This document shows, piece by piece, positions 38,305 to 47,182 of a DNA stretch of 64,000 nt. This stretch comes from a virus. Each line of letters opens with the position of its first letter. Position 1 is the stretch's first letter. The notes below the pieces were generated by a model, which saw only the letters and a program-made list of their open reading frames with translations, had not been told where the DNA came from and did no database searches. The stretch is taken from positions 96,001 to 160,000 of the IMG/VR virus record IMGVR_UViG_3300045912_000789; one strand, 5' to 3'. The position numbers were made by a program, and so were the translations under genes.

Positions 38305-38783
38305 GCGTACTCGTGGGGCTCGGTCAGCGACTCGTAGAGCCGCCGAAGCGTGGTGTTCCAGGTGATCGATTCGCGGATGCGCGTCAGGAACGCCTGGATG
38401 CCCGAGCGGTAGAGCGAGTAGGCGCCGTCGTGGCAGTAGACCGCCTCGATGTAGCCCTTCTCGCGGTTCACGTTGGTGATCGCCCAGCCCTTGTTCAGGA
38501 TGAAGTAGGCCGTGGGGCGGTCGGGATCCTGCCGCCCGTAGGGCTGCCAGCTCGCCGGCTTCTCGCCGGTGATCCACTTGGACTTCGTCATGAGATCGAA
38601 GGCCTCCTGGATGCCGAGCTTGTGGACGATGTCGAAGCACTGGAAGTCGTGGATGTACGTCCCGTGCTCGTTGAACATGATCTCTCGTGCCATCGGTGTC
38701 CTCGTCGGTTCGGTGTGGTGGATGGGGCACTCGCACTCGTGGTGCGCGCACCCGCAGGCATTGCAGGCTCCGTACGCCATCAC
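38301..38783 (-). CDS. Hypothetical protein (Cys/His-rich N-terminus, or later start at MAREIMF)
   Basis: GC3-biased ORF. Confidence 0.55.
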   Translation of the reverse strand: MMAYGACNACGCAHHECECPIHHTEPTRTPMAREIMFNEHGTYIHDFQCFDIVHKLGIQEAFDLMTKSKWITGEKPASWQPYGRQDPDRPTAYFILNKGWAITNVNREKGYIEAVYCHDGAYSLYRSGIQAFLTRIRESITWNTTLRRLYESLTEPHEYA

Positions 38784-39118
38784 GCCTCCACGACCGGCCC
38801 GTTGCGCCGGGCCAGCAGGTGCCGGATGAGAACGCCGTTGAGGGCGATCTCGTCGTGGGTCTCCCGCGCGACGCGCGAGATGCCGCCCATCTGGATGGCG
38901 GCGACGAAGTCGGCCATCTGGCCGCGCTTCACGCGCTCGCGCAGGCCCTCGATGGCGTGCGCCAGCTCGACGTTCCGGAGCAGCAGCTCCGCCTGCTCGT
39001 CGATCAGCTTCGTCACACTGGGGTCGCGGGCGAACTGCTTGCGCAGCTCCATCAGGTTCTTCACGGACATCTGGGTCATGTCCGCGAGCTGTGCCGGGTC
39101 GATGTCGTTGATGGTCAT
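38780..39118 (-). CDS. Hypothetical protein
   Basis: RBS AGGAGGAG with a CTATAAG motif upstream. Confidence 0.65.
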   Translation of the reverse strand: MTINDIDPAQLADMTQMSVKNLMELRKQFARDPSVTKLIDEQAELLLRNVELAHAIEGLRERVKRGQMADFVAAIQMGGISRVARETHDEIALNGVLIRHLLARRNGPVVEA

Positions 39119-39147
39119 ATCTGTCTCCTCCTACTACTTATAGCCGA

Positions 39148-39699
39148 TCAGACGATGATCTTGTCACCGAAATCCTGCTTCTCGAAGACCCCGTTCGACT
39201 TCTCGTCTTCGATCGCATCGGCGAGAGACCTACCGTCCTCCAGGAGGATCTCCTCGTTCTCCTCCTGCTCGCGCTTCTTCCTCAGCTTCTCCTGCTCTCG
39301 GATTCGACGATCACGCTCCTCCTTCGGAACCGACGGTCGGGTGAAAGTCAGCAGCAGCTCGTTCTTCTCGCTGTCGGTGATGTCTCCGGGCAGCTTCGCC
39401 ACGAGCTGCTGGAGGATGGCGTGCTGACGCTCGTCGTAGTGCTCGGGCCGACGCTGGGCGTCGAAGTAGATCTCCCTGATGTCCTGCGCGTACAGGTCGA
39501 GGAGGTTGGTGGGGCGGGTCTTGGTCGTGTCCGCAGTCGACTCGAACGCGCCGGCGTACTCCAGGAAGCTCTTGCCGGCCGCCTCCTGTGGCGCCGCTAT
39601 GAGGGTGCGCAGAGCCTCGATCGGCTGGTGCCGAGGGAGGTGCTCCCGCATGAAGTCCTCGGGGGCGTGCGACGGCTCCGGAGCGGTGGTCTTACGCAT
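39148..39699 (-). CDS. Hypothetical protein
   Basis: Charged helical ORF coupled to the upstream gene. Confidence 0.55.
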   Translation of the reverse strand: MRKTTAPEPSHAPEDFMREHLPRHQPIEALRTLIAAPQEAAGKSFLEYAGAFESTADTTKTRPTNLLDLYAQDIREIYFDAQRRPEHYDERQHAILQQLVAKLPGDITDSEKNELLLTFTRPSVPKEERDRRIREQEKLRKKREQEENEEILLEDGRSLADAIEDEKSNGVFEKQDFGDKIIV

Positions 39700-40381
39700 C
39701 GTCGACAGGGTAGCGCTCCATCGCTTCCGCCGGCAACGCGACCATGGAATCGCCGTTGTAGTTCTTCCAGAGCTTCGATCGATCCGCCCAGGCATCGCCG
39801 GGGCCCAGGCCCTGGCGCCACCGAGCGACCGTGAGGCCCGACTCTTCGAGGACGTGTTCGATCGCGTAGTAGTAGAGCAGCATCTCGATGGGCAGCAGAC
39901 CGAAGGTGTCCTCCTCAGCCGTCCACACCCACTGCTTGTCCTTCTCCTCGGTGGCCACCGCGATGCGGTTGGCGGCTGCCGCGGCAGCCCCGGGGCTCAG
40001 GACGCCACCGCTGCGGCCGATGTGGCCCGTGATGCGGGCGTGTGCGAACGTCGCGACGATGACCGGGCCGTTGACGAGGAAGAGATCGGCCGAGGGGAAC
40101 TCGGTGTTGTCCCGCATCCAGTGCCGTCTCGTCTTCAGGTGGTTCCGGTTCTTGAACATGTCGAAGATCGCACGCGATCTTTCCTTGTTCCAGTCCGGGG
40201 CCACGACCTGGATGATCTCCTTCGGCTCTCGAAGGCACCACATGCCGATCGTTCGGGCCCATCGTGGGCTCAGCGGTCGGGCGTGGCCGGTGAACCGGAT
40301 GCGTTCTGCGGGATCGAGCCCGCGCTTCTTCAGCTCAGGGGACGGGCACATCAGCCAGTCCCACCACGGGATCACGTTCAT
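39692..40381 (-). CDS. Hypothetical protein
   Basis: ATGA overlap, RBS GGAG. Confidence 0.6.
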   Translation of the reverse strand: MNVIPWWDWLMCPSPELKKRGLDPAERIRFTGHARPLSPRWARTIGMWCLREPKEIIQVVAPDWNKERSRAIFDMFKNRNHLKTRRHWMRDNTEFPSADLFLVNGPVIVATFAHARITGHIGRSGGVLSPGAAAAAANRIAVATEEKDKQWVWTAEEDTFGLLPIEMLLYYYAIEHVLEESGLTVARWRQGLGPGDAWADRSKLWKNYNGDSMVALPAEAMERYPVDDA

Positions 40382-41049
40382 GTCTTCTCCGATCTGCATC
40401 GAGTCGAGCAGTACTTCCCATACGCCGGATCGCACACGCGGGCACAGACCGCGCAGGGAACGCCCACGCGCTGGAGGTGCGCGGTCTCGACGGCGATGGC
40501 CATCTCGACGTCGCGCTCGCGCAGGCCGAAGGCCTTGGCCAGGGCGTCCGGCGCGGTACCCTGCTCGAAGTGGAGGAAGAACAGCGCGCGGGCGAGCTGG
40601 TCGTAGTCGAGAGCGGTGCGCAGCACGTACTCCGGGAGATCCCACTGCCCCTTGAGCTGGCTTTGAGCGGCCTGGATCTCCGGGACGTAGCCGTCACCGA
40701 AGGCGTCCACGGCCCAGGCGTCGGCCTCCCTGCGCCGCTCCCAGCCCTTCTTCCGCCTGATCCCCCGGGTCTTCCTCCACTCCATGACGGCGGTCACCGA
40801 GACGTTCGCTGCGCGCGCCAGCGCCTCGTCTGGCATCCCGGCGACAGCCTCCTCGTACCACCCGTCGAGATCCTTGAAGCTCTCGGTGTGGGTCTTCGGA
40901 CGCGTCGGCTTGGGCTTCGAGGGCTTCCGCTTCGGACCACGGGCCAGCTCGCGCACCGAAGGCATCTTGAGCGCGGAGCGCTCGGCCTCGGTGATGATGC
41001 TGTCCAGCCGAGCCCGTACCGACCCCGGCAGGGTCGTGTCCTTCGGCAT
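40378..41049 (-). CDS. Double helix-turn-helix regulator with C-terminal Zn finger
   Basis: MPDEALARAANVSVTAVMEWRK; PDALAKAFGLRERDVE; CAVC...YCSTRC. Confidence 0.65.
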   Translation of the reverse strand: MPKDTTLPGSVRARLDSIITEAERSALKMPSVRELARGPKRKPSKPKPTRPKTHTESFKDLDGWYEEAVAGMPDEALARAANVSVTAVMEWRKTRGIRRKKGWERRREADAWAVDAFGDGYVPEIQAAQSQLKGQWDLPEYVLRTALDYDQLARALFFLHFEQGTAPDALAKAFGLRERDVEMAIAVETAHLQRVGVPCAVCARVCDPAYGKYCSTRCRSEKT

Positions 41050-41234
41050 ACTAACTCCTTACTCCTTGATGAGTTCGGGGACGATGGTGTATGTATTCTC
41101 TTCTAGGTGGGTCCGGCGTCAAGTACTAACTACTCACTCCTCACGCCCCACCTCTACCCCCTCCTTACCCTTCACCGATCGCTCTGGAGCTTCTTGTTCC
41201 TAGAATCCTTCAATCATGTTAGTAGTTAGTATGC
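41046..41234. repeat. Low-GC divergent intergenic region with four TACTAAC boxes (inverted and tandem)
   Basis: TACTAAC at 41049 and 41124 (+); GTTAGTA at 41218 and 41225; pyrimidine tract 41131-41176. Confidence 0.7.
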
Positions 41235-41257
41235 TCTGAGAGAAAGGAGACCGACCC

Positions 41258-41881
41258 ATGGGTGGTTCTACGATTGGCGGGGTCTTCAGGGCCAGGGGCG
41301 TCCTCAGCGCCGAGGCCCAGAAGCTCGTCCGCATGCACTGCGAGAGGGGGAACGCCCAGGCGATGATCGAGGCCGTCGCCGAGTTCCTGGTCTCCGACGG
41401 GATCGCTCGGGGACGGATCCCACCGAACGCCGGAGAGAAGAGGAAGGATCTCCTCGATCGCGCCGAGCAGGCCATGTACAAGGAAGCCGAGGAGTACCAC
41501 TCGAAGGGAGGGGTCCTCGTCGCGAAGGGCTACGTCTCGATCACCGGGCTGGTCGCCGAGATGGCGAAGCACTGGCTTCGAGAGTTCTCGCCCCTGATCC
41601 CCACGGAGGTCAGCCTGAAGGGGACCCTCTCGGATCCGGAGGTCCAGGATCGACTGACCGTCGTCGCTCTGAAGCTGTCCGAGATCCTCGACGAGTACCG
41701 CGAGACGGTCGAGCACGAGAACGAGGCGGGGGAGGTGGTCTCGGAACAGAAGACCGGTACGCTCATGATCCCCCACGACAAGATCGAAGGCTTCTGCCGG
41801 CGAGCGGCGATCGAGATGTTCCGTGCGTTCGAGGAGCCCAACAAGACCAACCACGAGATCATCCACAAGGAGAAGCGATGA
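41258..41881 (+). CDS. Hypothetical protein
   Basis: RBS AAAGGAG; GC3 bias. Confidence 0.65.
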   Translation: MGGSTIGGVFRARGVLSAEAQKLVRMHCERGNAQAMIEAVAEFLVSDGIARGRIPPNAGEKRKDLLDRAEQAMYKEAEEYHSKGGVLVAKGYVSITGLVAEMAKHWLREFSPLIPTEVSLKGTLSDPEVQDRLTVVALKLSEILDEYRETVEHENEAGEVVSEQKTGTLMIPHDKIEGFCRRAAIEMFRAFEEPNKTNHEIIHKEKR

Positions 41882-42465
41882 CGTACAGCGACCTCTACTG
41901 GAACACGACGCCGTTCCTCAGCATCGACACCGAGACCACGGGCTTCGGACGCGACGACCGCATCTGCGAGATTGCCATCGTCGTGGCTCAAGGAACGCGG
42001 GTGCTCGACGTGTTCCACACCCTCGTGGATCCCGAGCGGTGGATCTCCGAGGGCGCACAGGCTGTGCATGGCATCAAGAACGAGGACGTCGAGGGCAAGC
42101 CGAAGTTCCACGAGATCAAGGACAAGGTGCTCAGCTACCTCCGGCGGGACATGCCGTGGGTGGCGCATCAGCTCAGCTTCGACGCCCGCATGCTCTCCTA
42201 CGTGATCCCGCCGGAGGAGTGGCCGCACGGGGTGCCCACGCTGTGCTCGATGGAGTACGCGAAGAAGCACCACCCCTCGCTGAAGCTGCGCCGCGGCCAC
42301 AAGCTGCTCGACGTCGCCGGCGCGCTCCAGATCAACTACGACCCCGCGGCAGCGCACAACGCCCTCAACGACGCCGAGATCCTCGCCCGCATCGTCCCCG
42401 AGATGATGCGCGACCGTCTGATCTCGCAGCATTACACGAAGCTCAGCCACGAGTGGCTGAAGTAG
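41878..42465 (+). CDS. DEDDh 3'-5' exonuclease (DnaQ/epsilon-like)
   Basis: IDTETTG, VAHQLSFD, HNALNDA. Confidence 0.9.
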   Translation: MTYSDLYWNTTPFLSIDTETTGFGRDDRICEIAIVVAQGTRVLDVFHTLVDPERWISEGAQAVHGIKNEDVEGKPKFHEIKDKVLSYLRRDMPWVAHQLSFDARMLSYVIPPEEWPHGVPTLCSMEYAKKHHPSLKLRRGHKLLDVAGALQINYDPAAAHNALNDAEILARIVPEMMRDRLISQHYTKLSHEWLK

Positions 42466-42510
42466 AGCAAGAGATCGAGCTGACGGGGCCCTCGCAGGCC
42501 CCGCAGTCGA

Positions 42511-42780
42511 TCAGTTCAGGAACGGAACGTCCTCGTAGGCGTCGAGCGCCTCGCGCAGCGCCTTCAGGTTCTCGTAGGTCGGCTGGGCCTGGAGGATCAT
42601 GAACGCGGCCACGCACGAGGAGTGGCTGTCGACCCGATCCGGCCCAGGCACGGCCTCCATCACCGCCTTCATGCGGTTCACCTGCTCGACGCAGAGCACG
42701 ACGAACGGGTTCGGCGCGGACTTACCGGCCTCTGCCTCCACCAGCTCAGCCAGTGTCGGGGTTCGCTTCGTCCTCGGCAT
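42511..42780 (-). CDS. Hypothetical protein
   Basis: ORF in a minus-strand cluster. Confidence 0.5.
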   Translation of the reverse strand: MPRTKRTPTLAELVEAEAGKSAPNPFVVLCVEQVNRMKAVMEAVPGPDRVDSHSSCVAAFMILQAQPTYENLKALREALDAYEDVPFLN

Positions 42781-43018
42781 AGAGCTTCCTCGACTCCATG
42801 AAGTACCACCCCCAGACGTCCTCGTTCCAGTAGCGCTTCTCCAGCCGGCGTCGCTTCAGGTACTTCTCCTCGTCCTTCTGGAAGGACTTGAAGAGGTCCA
42901 CTAGTTCGCGATCGCCCGCCTTGTATGCCTGCTGGACGAGCTTCTTGTAGCTCGCGACCCGAGCCTCCGATGCAGCGATGAACTTGGAGAGCTGCTTTCC
43001 CCAGTCGACTTCTGTCAC
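42746..43018 (-). CDS. Hypothetical protein
   Basis: GTGA-coupled ORF. Confidence 0.5.
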   Translation of the reverse strand: MTEVDWGKQLSKFIAASEARVASYKKLVQQAYKAGDRELVDLFKSFQKDEEKYLKRRRLEKRYWNEDVWGWYFMESRKLYAEDEANPDTG

Positions 43019-43266
43019 TTCGAGATCTCACCGGTGTCGAGGTCGACGTAGCCGACGAAGCGGTACCTCCAGCCGAGCCCGTGCTCGGTGTCCTTCGGGT
43101 ACTGCTCCGGCGGCTCGTTGAACGTGCAGCCCTCGCCGACGTGGAGGAACTGCATGTGCCCCATGTTCGCGCTGTCGAGCGCCTGGTTCTGGTAGGCGGC
43201 CCAGCGAGTGCCCTCGCGAGACCGCGACTTCATGATCTCCAGGACCTCGGGGTCGGGCTTGTCCAT
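43015..43266 (-). CDS. Hypothetical protein
   Basis: TGATG-coupled ORF. Confidence 0.6.
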   Translation of the reverse strand: MDKPDPEVLEIMKSRSREGTRWAAYQNQALDSANMGHMQFLHVGEGCTFNEPPEQYPKDTEHGLGWRYRFVGYVDLDTGEISK

Positions 43267-43985
43267 CAGCGCTTCCCCTTGAAGATGTCGTGCGCCGGAT
43301 CGACGACGTTGTCGCGGTTGATGTAGTGGGGATCGACCGGCCGGAACATCACCTCCTCCATCCCGAGCAGCGCCGCGGTGTGGACGGTCGCCTCCTCGAA
43401 GCTGAAGGGTCGGCCGAGGTTCTCGCCGTTCGAGTAGAGATCGGGAGCGAGGTCATAGATGTACGGCGCGAGCAGCTTGTTCGTGTCGTAGCCGACGAAC
43501 GGAGCCTTCGCCTCGTCCAGGATCAGCGGCCACTCCTGGTTCGACTCGCGGAAGGTGATCTTGCGGAGCACGCGCTCCGGCATCCACGCCGCGCTGTCGG
43601 GGTACAGCCCGTGGGGGAAGGCGTGGCAGTACAGCATGGGCTTGCGGTACTTCGACGGCGCGAAGCCGTGCTGGTCGAGCTTGGTGATCGCGTGGTCGAT
43701 GCCACGGAGACCCGGCTCGGTCTGGACGAGCATCATCAGCTCGTGCTGCCACTGGCTGATGATGAAGCGGACCTGCCAGAGCCGCGGGACGAGGCGGCGG
43801 GTGTTGCGGACGTAGGGCGGGACCTCGGTGAGGTAGGCGAGATCGCCCGGCTTGAACGTCGTCTGCGGAGCGTGCTCCATCATGGCGACGAGCATCTCCT
43901 CGTCGGCGAGGGTGAGCGAGCGGGGATCGATGATGGTGATGGGGAGATCGGCATTCCTCCCCGTGTTCGGCAGGAAGATCGTCAT
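43266..43985 (-). CDS. Hypothetical protein
   Basis: RBS GGAGG; CTATAAG upstream. Confidence 0.65.
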   Translation of the reverse strand: MTIFLPNTGRNADLPITIIDPRSLTLADEEMLVAMMEHAPQTTFKPGDLAYLTEVPPYVRNTRRLVPRLWQVRFIISQWQHELMMLVQTEPGLRGIDHAITKLDQHGFAPSKYRKPMLYCHAFPHGLYPDSAAWMPERVLRKITFRESNQEWPLILDEAKAPFVGYDTNKLLAPYIYDLAPDLYSNGENLGRPFSFEEATVHTAALLGMEEVMFRPVDPHYINRDNVVDPAHDIFKGKR

Positions 43986-44031
43986 GGTGCCTCCAAGGTC
44001 TTATAGCCGCGTATCAGCGTTTGGAGGCACC
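43986..44031. promoter_or_regulatory. Symmetric divergent promoter/RBS cassette
   Basis: 11-bp inverted repeat GGTGCCTCCAA / TTGGAGGCACC enclosing back-to-back CTATAAG (-) and GTATCAG (+). Confidence 0.65.
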
Positions 44032-44032
44032 T

Positions 44033-44425
44033 ATGTCGAGCGATCATCTCACGGTGAGCAAGGACGGAGAGGTCTTCGTCCTCCGCTCGTCCGACATCGA
44101 CGTCAAGCAGGCCATCTTCTCCTGGGGCAGCTTCGGAACGGGCTTGCGCATCAAGGAGCACCCGGAGTACTACGGGCAGGATGTCGATCCCCGTAGCCCT
44201 CCTCCCGGCACCGTTCTGCGCGGTGAGGCGGCCCAGAAGTGGGCCACCGAGAACACCGACGATCATCTCTGGGAGTGGAGGCTGACGCGCGAGAGCGTCG
44301 AGGACCTGATGGGCATGATCGCCGGGTCTCTGGCGCCCGAGAGCCCGTACAGGATGGCGGTCGAAGAGGTCAAGGCGAGCGAGCACATCATCGAGGTGCT
44401 CAAGAAGGCAACGGAGGACACGTGA
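44033..44425 (+). CDS. Hypothetical protein
   Basis: RBS GGAGG. Confidence 0.6.
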   Translation: MSSDHLTVSKDGEVFVLRSSDIDVKQAIFSWGSFGTGLRIKEHPEYYGQDVDPRSPPPGTVLRGEAAQKWATENTDDHLWEWRLTRESVEDLMGMIAGSLAPESPYRMAVEEVKASEHIIEVLKKATEDT

Positions 44426-44745
44426 GCAAGGACATGCGCAAGAAGTGCCTGAAGTGCGATCAGGCGGAGCTGTACGCGAAGGTGGTGATCACGAAGATGG
44501 TCCCGCTCGCCGACCGCAACGGCACCCTCAAGATCGGCGGCCAGAAGCTCGGCCAGGCGGATCTGAAGTTCGCCTGGGACAACATCGGCGGCGAGAACGG
44601 GGTCGAGCAGAAGATCCGCGGGCCGATCATCTGCGGCAACTGCGAGACCGAGCACTTCTACGTCGTCGGCGACAAGAACCCGCTGCGTGTGGGCAGCACG
44701 CAGGAGGCGCGCGAACTCGGGTACGAGGAGCTGCGCACGAAGTGA
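44422..44745 (+). CDS. Zn-ribbon hypothetical protein
   Basis: CLKC...CGNC. Confidence 0.6.
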   Translation: MSKDMRKKCLKCDQAELYAKVVITKMVPLADRNGTLKIGGQKLGQADLKFAWDNIGGENGVEQKIRGPIICGNCETEHFYVVGDKNPLRVGSTQEARELGYEELRTK

Positions 44746-45764
44746 GCGACTTCTTCCACACGAGGGGCAAGCCTCCCAAGGGCATCAGCTTCAGCCCGGG
44801 CATGACCGAGGCTCAGAAGCTGGCCCACGTGATGCGCGTCCTGGAAGCCTCCGGGTGGAAGATGTTCCATCCGATGGCGGAGCACGTGATCTTGAGCGTG
44901 GCGCTCAGGAAGGACACGTTCATCCAGGCGGACGTCGCCGACGTCATCGAACCGCATCCGCTGTGGGGCCAGGCCGCCAAGGACTACTTCAACAAGATCG
45001 TGACCCAGGGCTCCGAGATGAAGTCCTGGACCCAGGGCGCAATCGCTCCGGTCATGAACAAGCTCAAGAGGAAGGGCGTGCTGCTGAGCCTCGGCACCAC
45101 GAAAGAGCGCCGCTCGCAGGGCGGATACACTACCCTCTGGAAGCTGAATCCCGAGCACAGGCAACGAATCACCGAAGAACGCAAGGAGGAGAAGATGGCA
45201 GCGAAGAAGAAGACCGAGCAGAAGAGCGACGACCCCCGCGCCTGGCACAAGAAGGCGATGTCGGTCTTCATGGAGCAGGTGGGCGACGGCAAGGGCCTCG
45301 ACGGCTACACGTTCGCCGAGATCCGCAAGATCATGGGCCTCGCCGACCCGAAGGAGCCCGGCTACAACGAGGTCGCCCTGGCGATCACGGAGCTGCGCAA
45401 TGAGGGCTTCCTCGCCCACAAGTTCGCGCACCCCTCGCTGAAGGAGGACTTCTTCGAGGGCGATCCGCTCACCGACATCCCGAACATCCAGAAGCGCGAG
45501 AACGAGCAGAAGCTCAAGCAGCTCGTCTTCTTCGTGCACCCGGCGGCGCTCGCGCTCGGCGACGACGTGCTCGCAGCGGTCGAGGCGGGGGAGTACCCCG
45601 AGGACCACGAGTACGACACGAACTCGACGGTCTTCGATCGTGACCAGGTCTACGCCTGGTTCGACGGCCTCGGCGAGATCATCGACCTCTACGTGACCGA
45701 CGAGGAGCAGAAGGCCACCAGCGCCAAGCTCATCGCGGCCCTGATGCCGGCCAAGTCGGAGTGA
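44742..45764 (+). CDS. Putative tandem winged-helix protein (possible internal start 45195)
   Basis: Two wHTH-like segments; internal AAGGAGG plus in-frame ATG. Confidence 0.55.
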   Translation: MSDFFHTRGKPPKGISFSPGMTEAQKLAHVMRVLEASGWKMFHPMAEHVILSVALRKDTFIQADVADVIEPHPLWGQAAKDYFNKIVTQGSEMKSWTQGAIAPVMNKLKRKGVLLSLGTTKERRSQGGYTTLWKLNPEHRQRITEERKEEKMAAKKKTEQKSDDPRAWHKKAMSVFMEQVGDGKGLDGYTFAEIRKIMGLADPKEPGYNEVALAITELRNEGFLAHKFAHPSLKEDFFEGDPLTDIPNIQKRENEQKLKQLVFFVHPAALALGDDVLAAVEAGEYPEDHEYDTNSTVFDRDQVYAWFDGLGEIIDLYVTDEEQKATSAKLIAALMPAKSE

Positions 45765-45864
45765 TCACCAACCGAGTCTCGCTCGGTAACGCATGCGGGC
45801 TGCATGAGAGTGATCTCTCGTGACAGCCCGCGCGTGTTTTGGGCACAAAGGAGAAGCTCAAGTG

Positions 45865-46392
45865 ATGCAGACGACCCTGGCGCTCATCAAGCCCGACGCC
45901 ATGAAGAACGGGCACATGATCGACATCCTGAAGTTCGCGACCGACTACGGTCTCGTCATCGCCGACATGATGAAGGGCACGTGGAACCGGACGCTGCTCG
46001 CGCAGTTCTACGTCGAGCATTAGGAGCGCGACTTCTTCGTCGACCTGCTCGACTTCATGTCGTCCGGGCCGATGGTCGCGATGACCCTCGTCGGCGACAA
46101 CGCGGTCGAGAGGTGGCGCTTCCTCATGGGCGCGACCGACCCGAAGAAGGCCGCCCCCGGTACCATCCGGAACCTCTGGGGCTCGAAGACCGGTCCGATC
46201 ATGTGGAACTGCGTCCACGGATCGGACAGCCAGGACAGCGCCACCCGCGAGATCGAGATCATCCGTATCGCCACGATGCCTCGAAGAGAGCGCTACGGCC
46301 GGATCAGCGGGTTCGGGGACGAGGCGATGCACCTCCTCAAGAAGCAAGAGGAGATCCGCACGAGGGAACGTGATCGAACTCCGGAAGGGTGA
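45865..46392 (+). pseudogene. ndk: Nucleoside diphosphate kinase interrupted by one in-frame TAG (46021-46023): pseudogene, read-through or sequencing error
   Basis: TLALIKPDA...FYVEH*ERDFFVDLLDFMSSGP...GATDPKKAAPGTIR...NCVHGSDS, all in one frame. Confidence 0.85.
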
Positions 46393-46804
46393 CCTCTTCT
46401 CCTCGGGCGCTGACGCTCTGGTGAACCCGGTGAACTGTGTCGGCGTCTCGGGGAAGGGTCTGGCGAAGGAGTTCGCCAAGCGCTTCAAGGCAGGCGATCG
46501 AATGTACCGCAACGCCTGCATGAGCGGCGAGCTGACCATCGGCTCGGTCGTGATCTGGCGTGGCGAGCCGAGCGTCATCTACCTGCCGACGAAGGACCAC
46601 TGGCGGAACCCGTCGACCATCAGCTACGTGAAGCGTGGGCTCGCCGCTCTGCGGCCGGAGCTGATGGTCGGCGCCTTCGCCAGCGTGGCCATCCCGGCGC
46701 TCGGATGCGGCAACGGCGGACTCCTCTGGGAAGACGTCAGGCCGCTCATCGAGAAGGCGCTGGGTGATCTCGACATCCGGGTGCTTCTCTACGAGCCGGT
46801 GTAG
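46370..46804 (+). CDS. Macrodomain protein (DarG/TARG1-like ADP-ribosylhydrolase)
   Basis: GDLF..ADALVNPVNCVGVSGKGLA; PTKDHWR; IPALGCGNGGLLW. Confidence 0.85.
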   Translation: MIELRKGDLFSSGADALVNPVNCVGVSGKGLAKEFAKRFKAGDRMYRNACMSGELTIGSVVIWRGEPSVIYLPTKDHWRNPSTISYVKRGLAALRPELMVGAFASVAIPALGCGNGGLLWEDVRPLIEKALGDLDIRVLLYEPV

Positions 46805-46813
46805 ACTCGGAGC

Positions 46814-47182
46814 ATGGCCAACGTCACGCTCACCCGCCCGCAGTACGACGCTCTCCGCACCGCCGCGCTCGCCGGCGATACCGCGGAGGTGTCGCGCATC
46901 CTCGACATCGTCGACAAGGCGAACTCGATCAAGCGCTACTTCCTCTACATCCGCTGGCAGGACGTCGGCGGGACTCCGCCGCCCCGCATCGAGCTGGGCA
47001 AGGGGTGGCCCCAGAACCGGACCTACAAGCTGGAGATGGACCGCCCGATCGCCCGCGAGGACGTGAACAGCGTCCTCTCGCAGAAGGCACAGAACCCCAC
47101 GGCCGTGATGGTCACCCCGGATCGCGCCGGCAACGTGGGGTGGACGCTCATCAACGACTACAACTTCTCGATCGGAACATGA
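46814..47182 (+). CDS. Hypothetical protein
   Basis: GC3-biased ORF preceded by TAGACT. Confidence 0.65.
   Translation: MANVTLTRPQYDALRTAALAGDTAEVSRILDIVDKANSIKRYFLYIRWQDVGGTPPPRIELGKGWPQNRTYKLEMDRPIAREDVNSVLSQKAQNPTAVMVTPDRAGNVGWTLINDYNFSIGT

Noticed and set aside
41049-41231. TACTAAC as a spliceosomal branch point
   Set aside because: Prokaryotic phage context; the match is coincidental.
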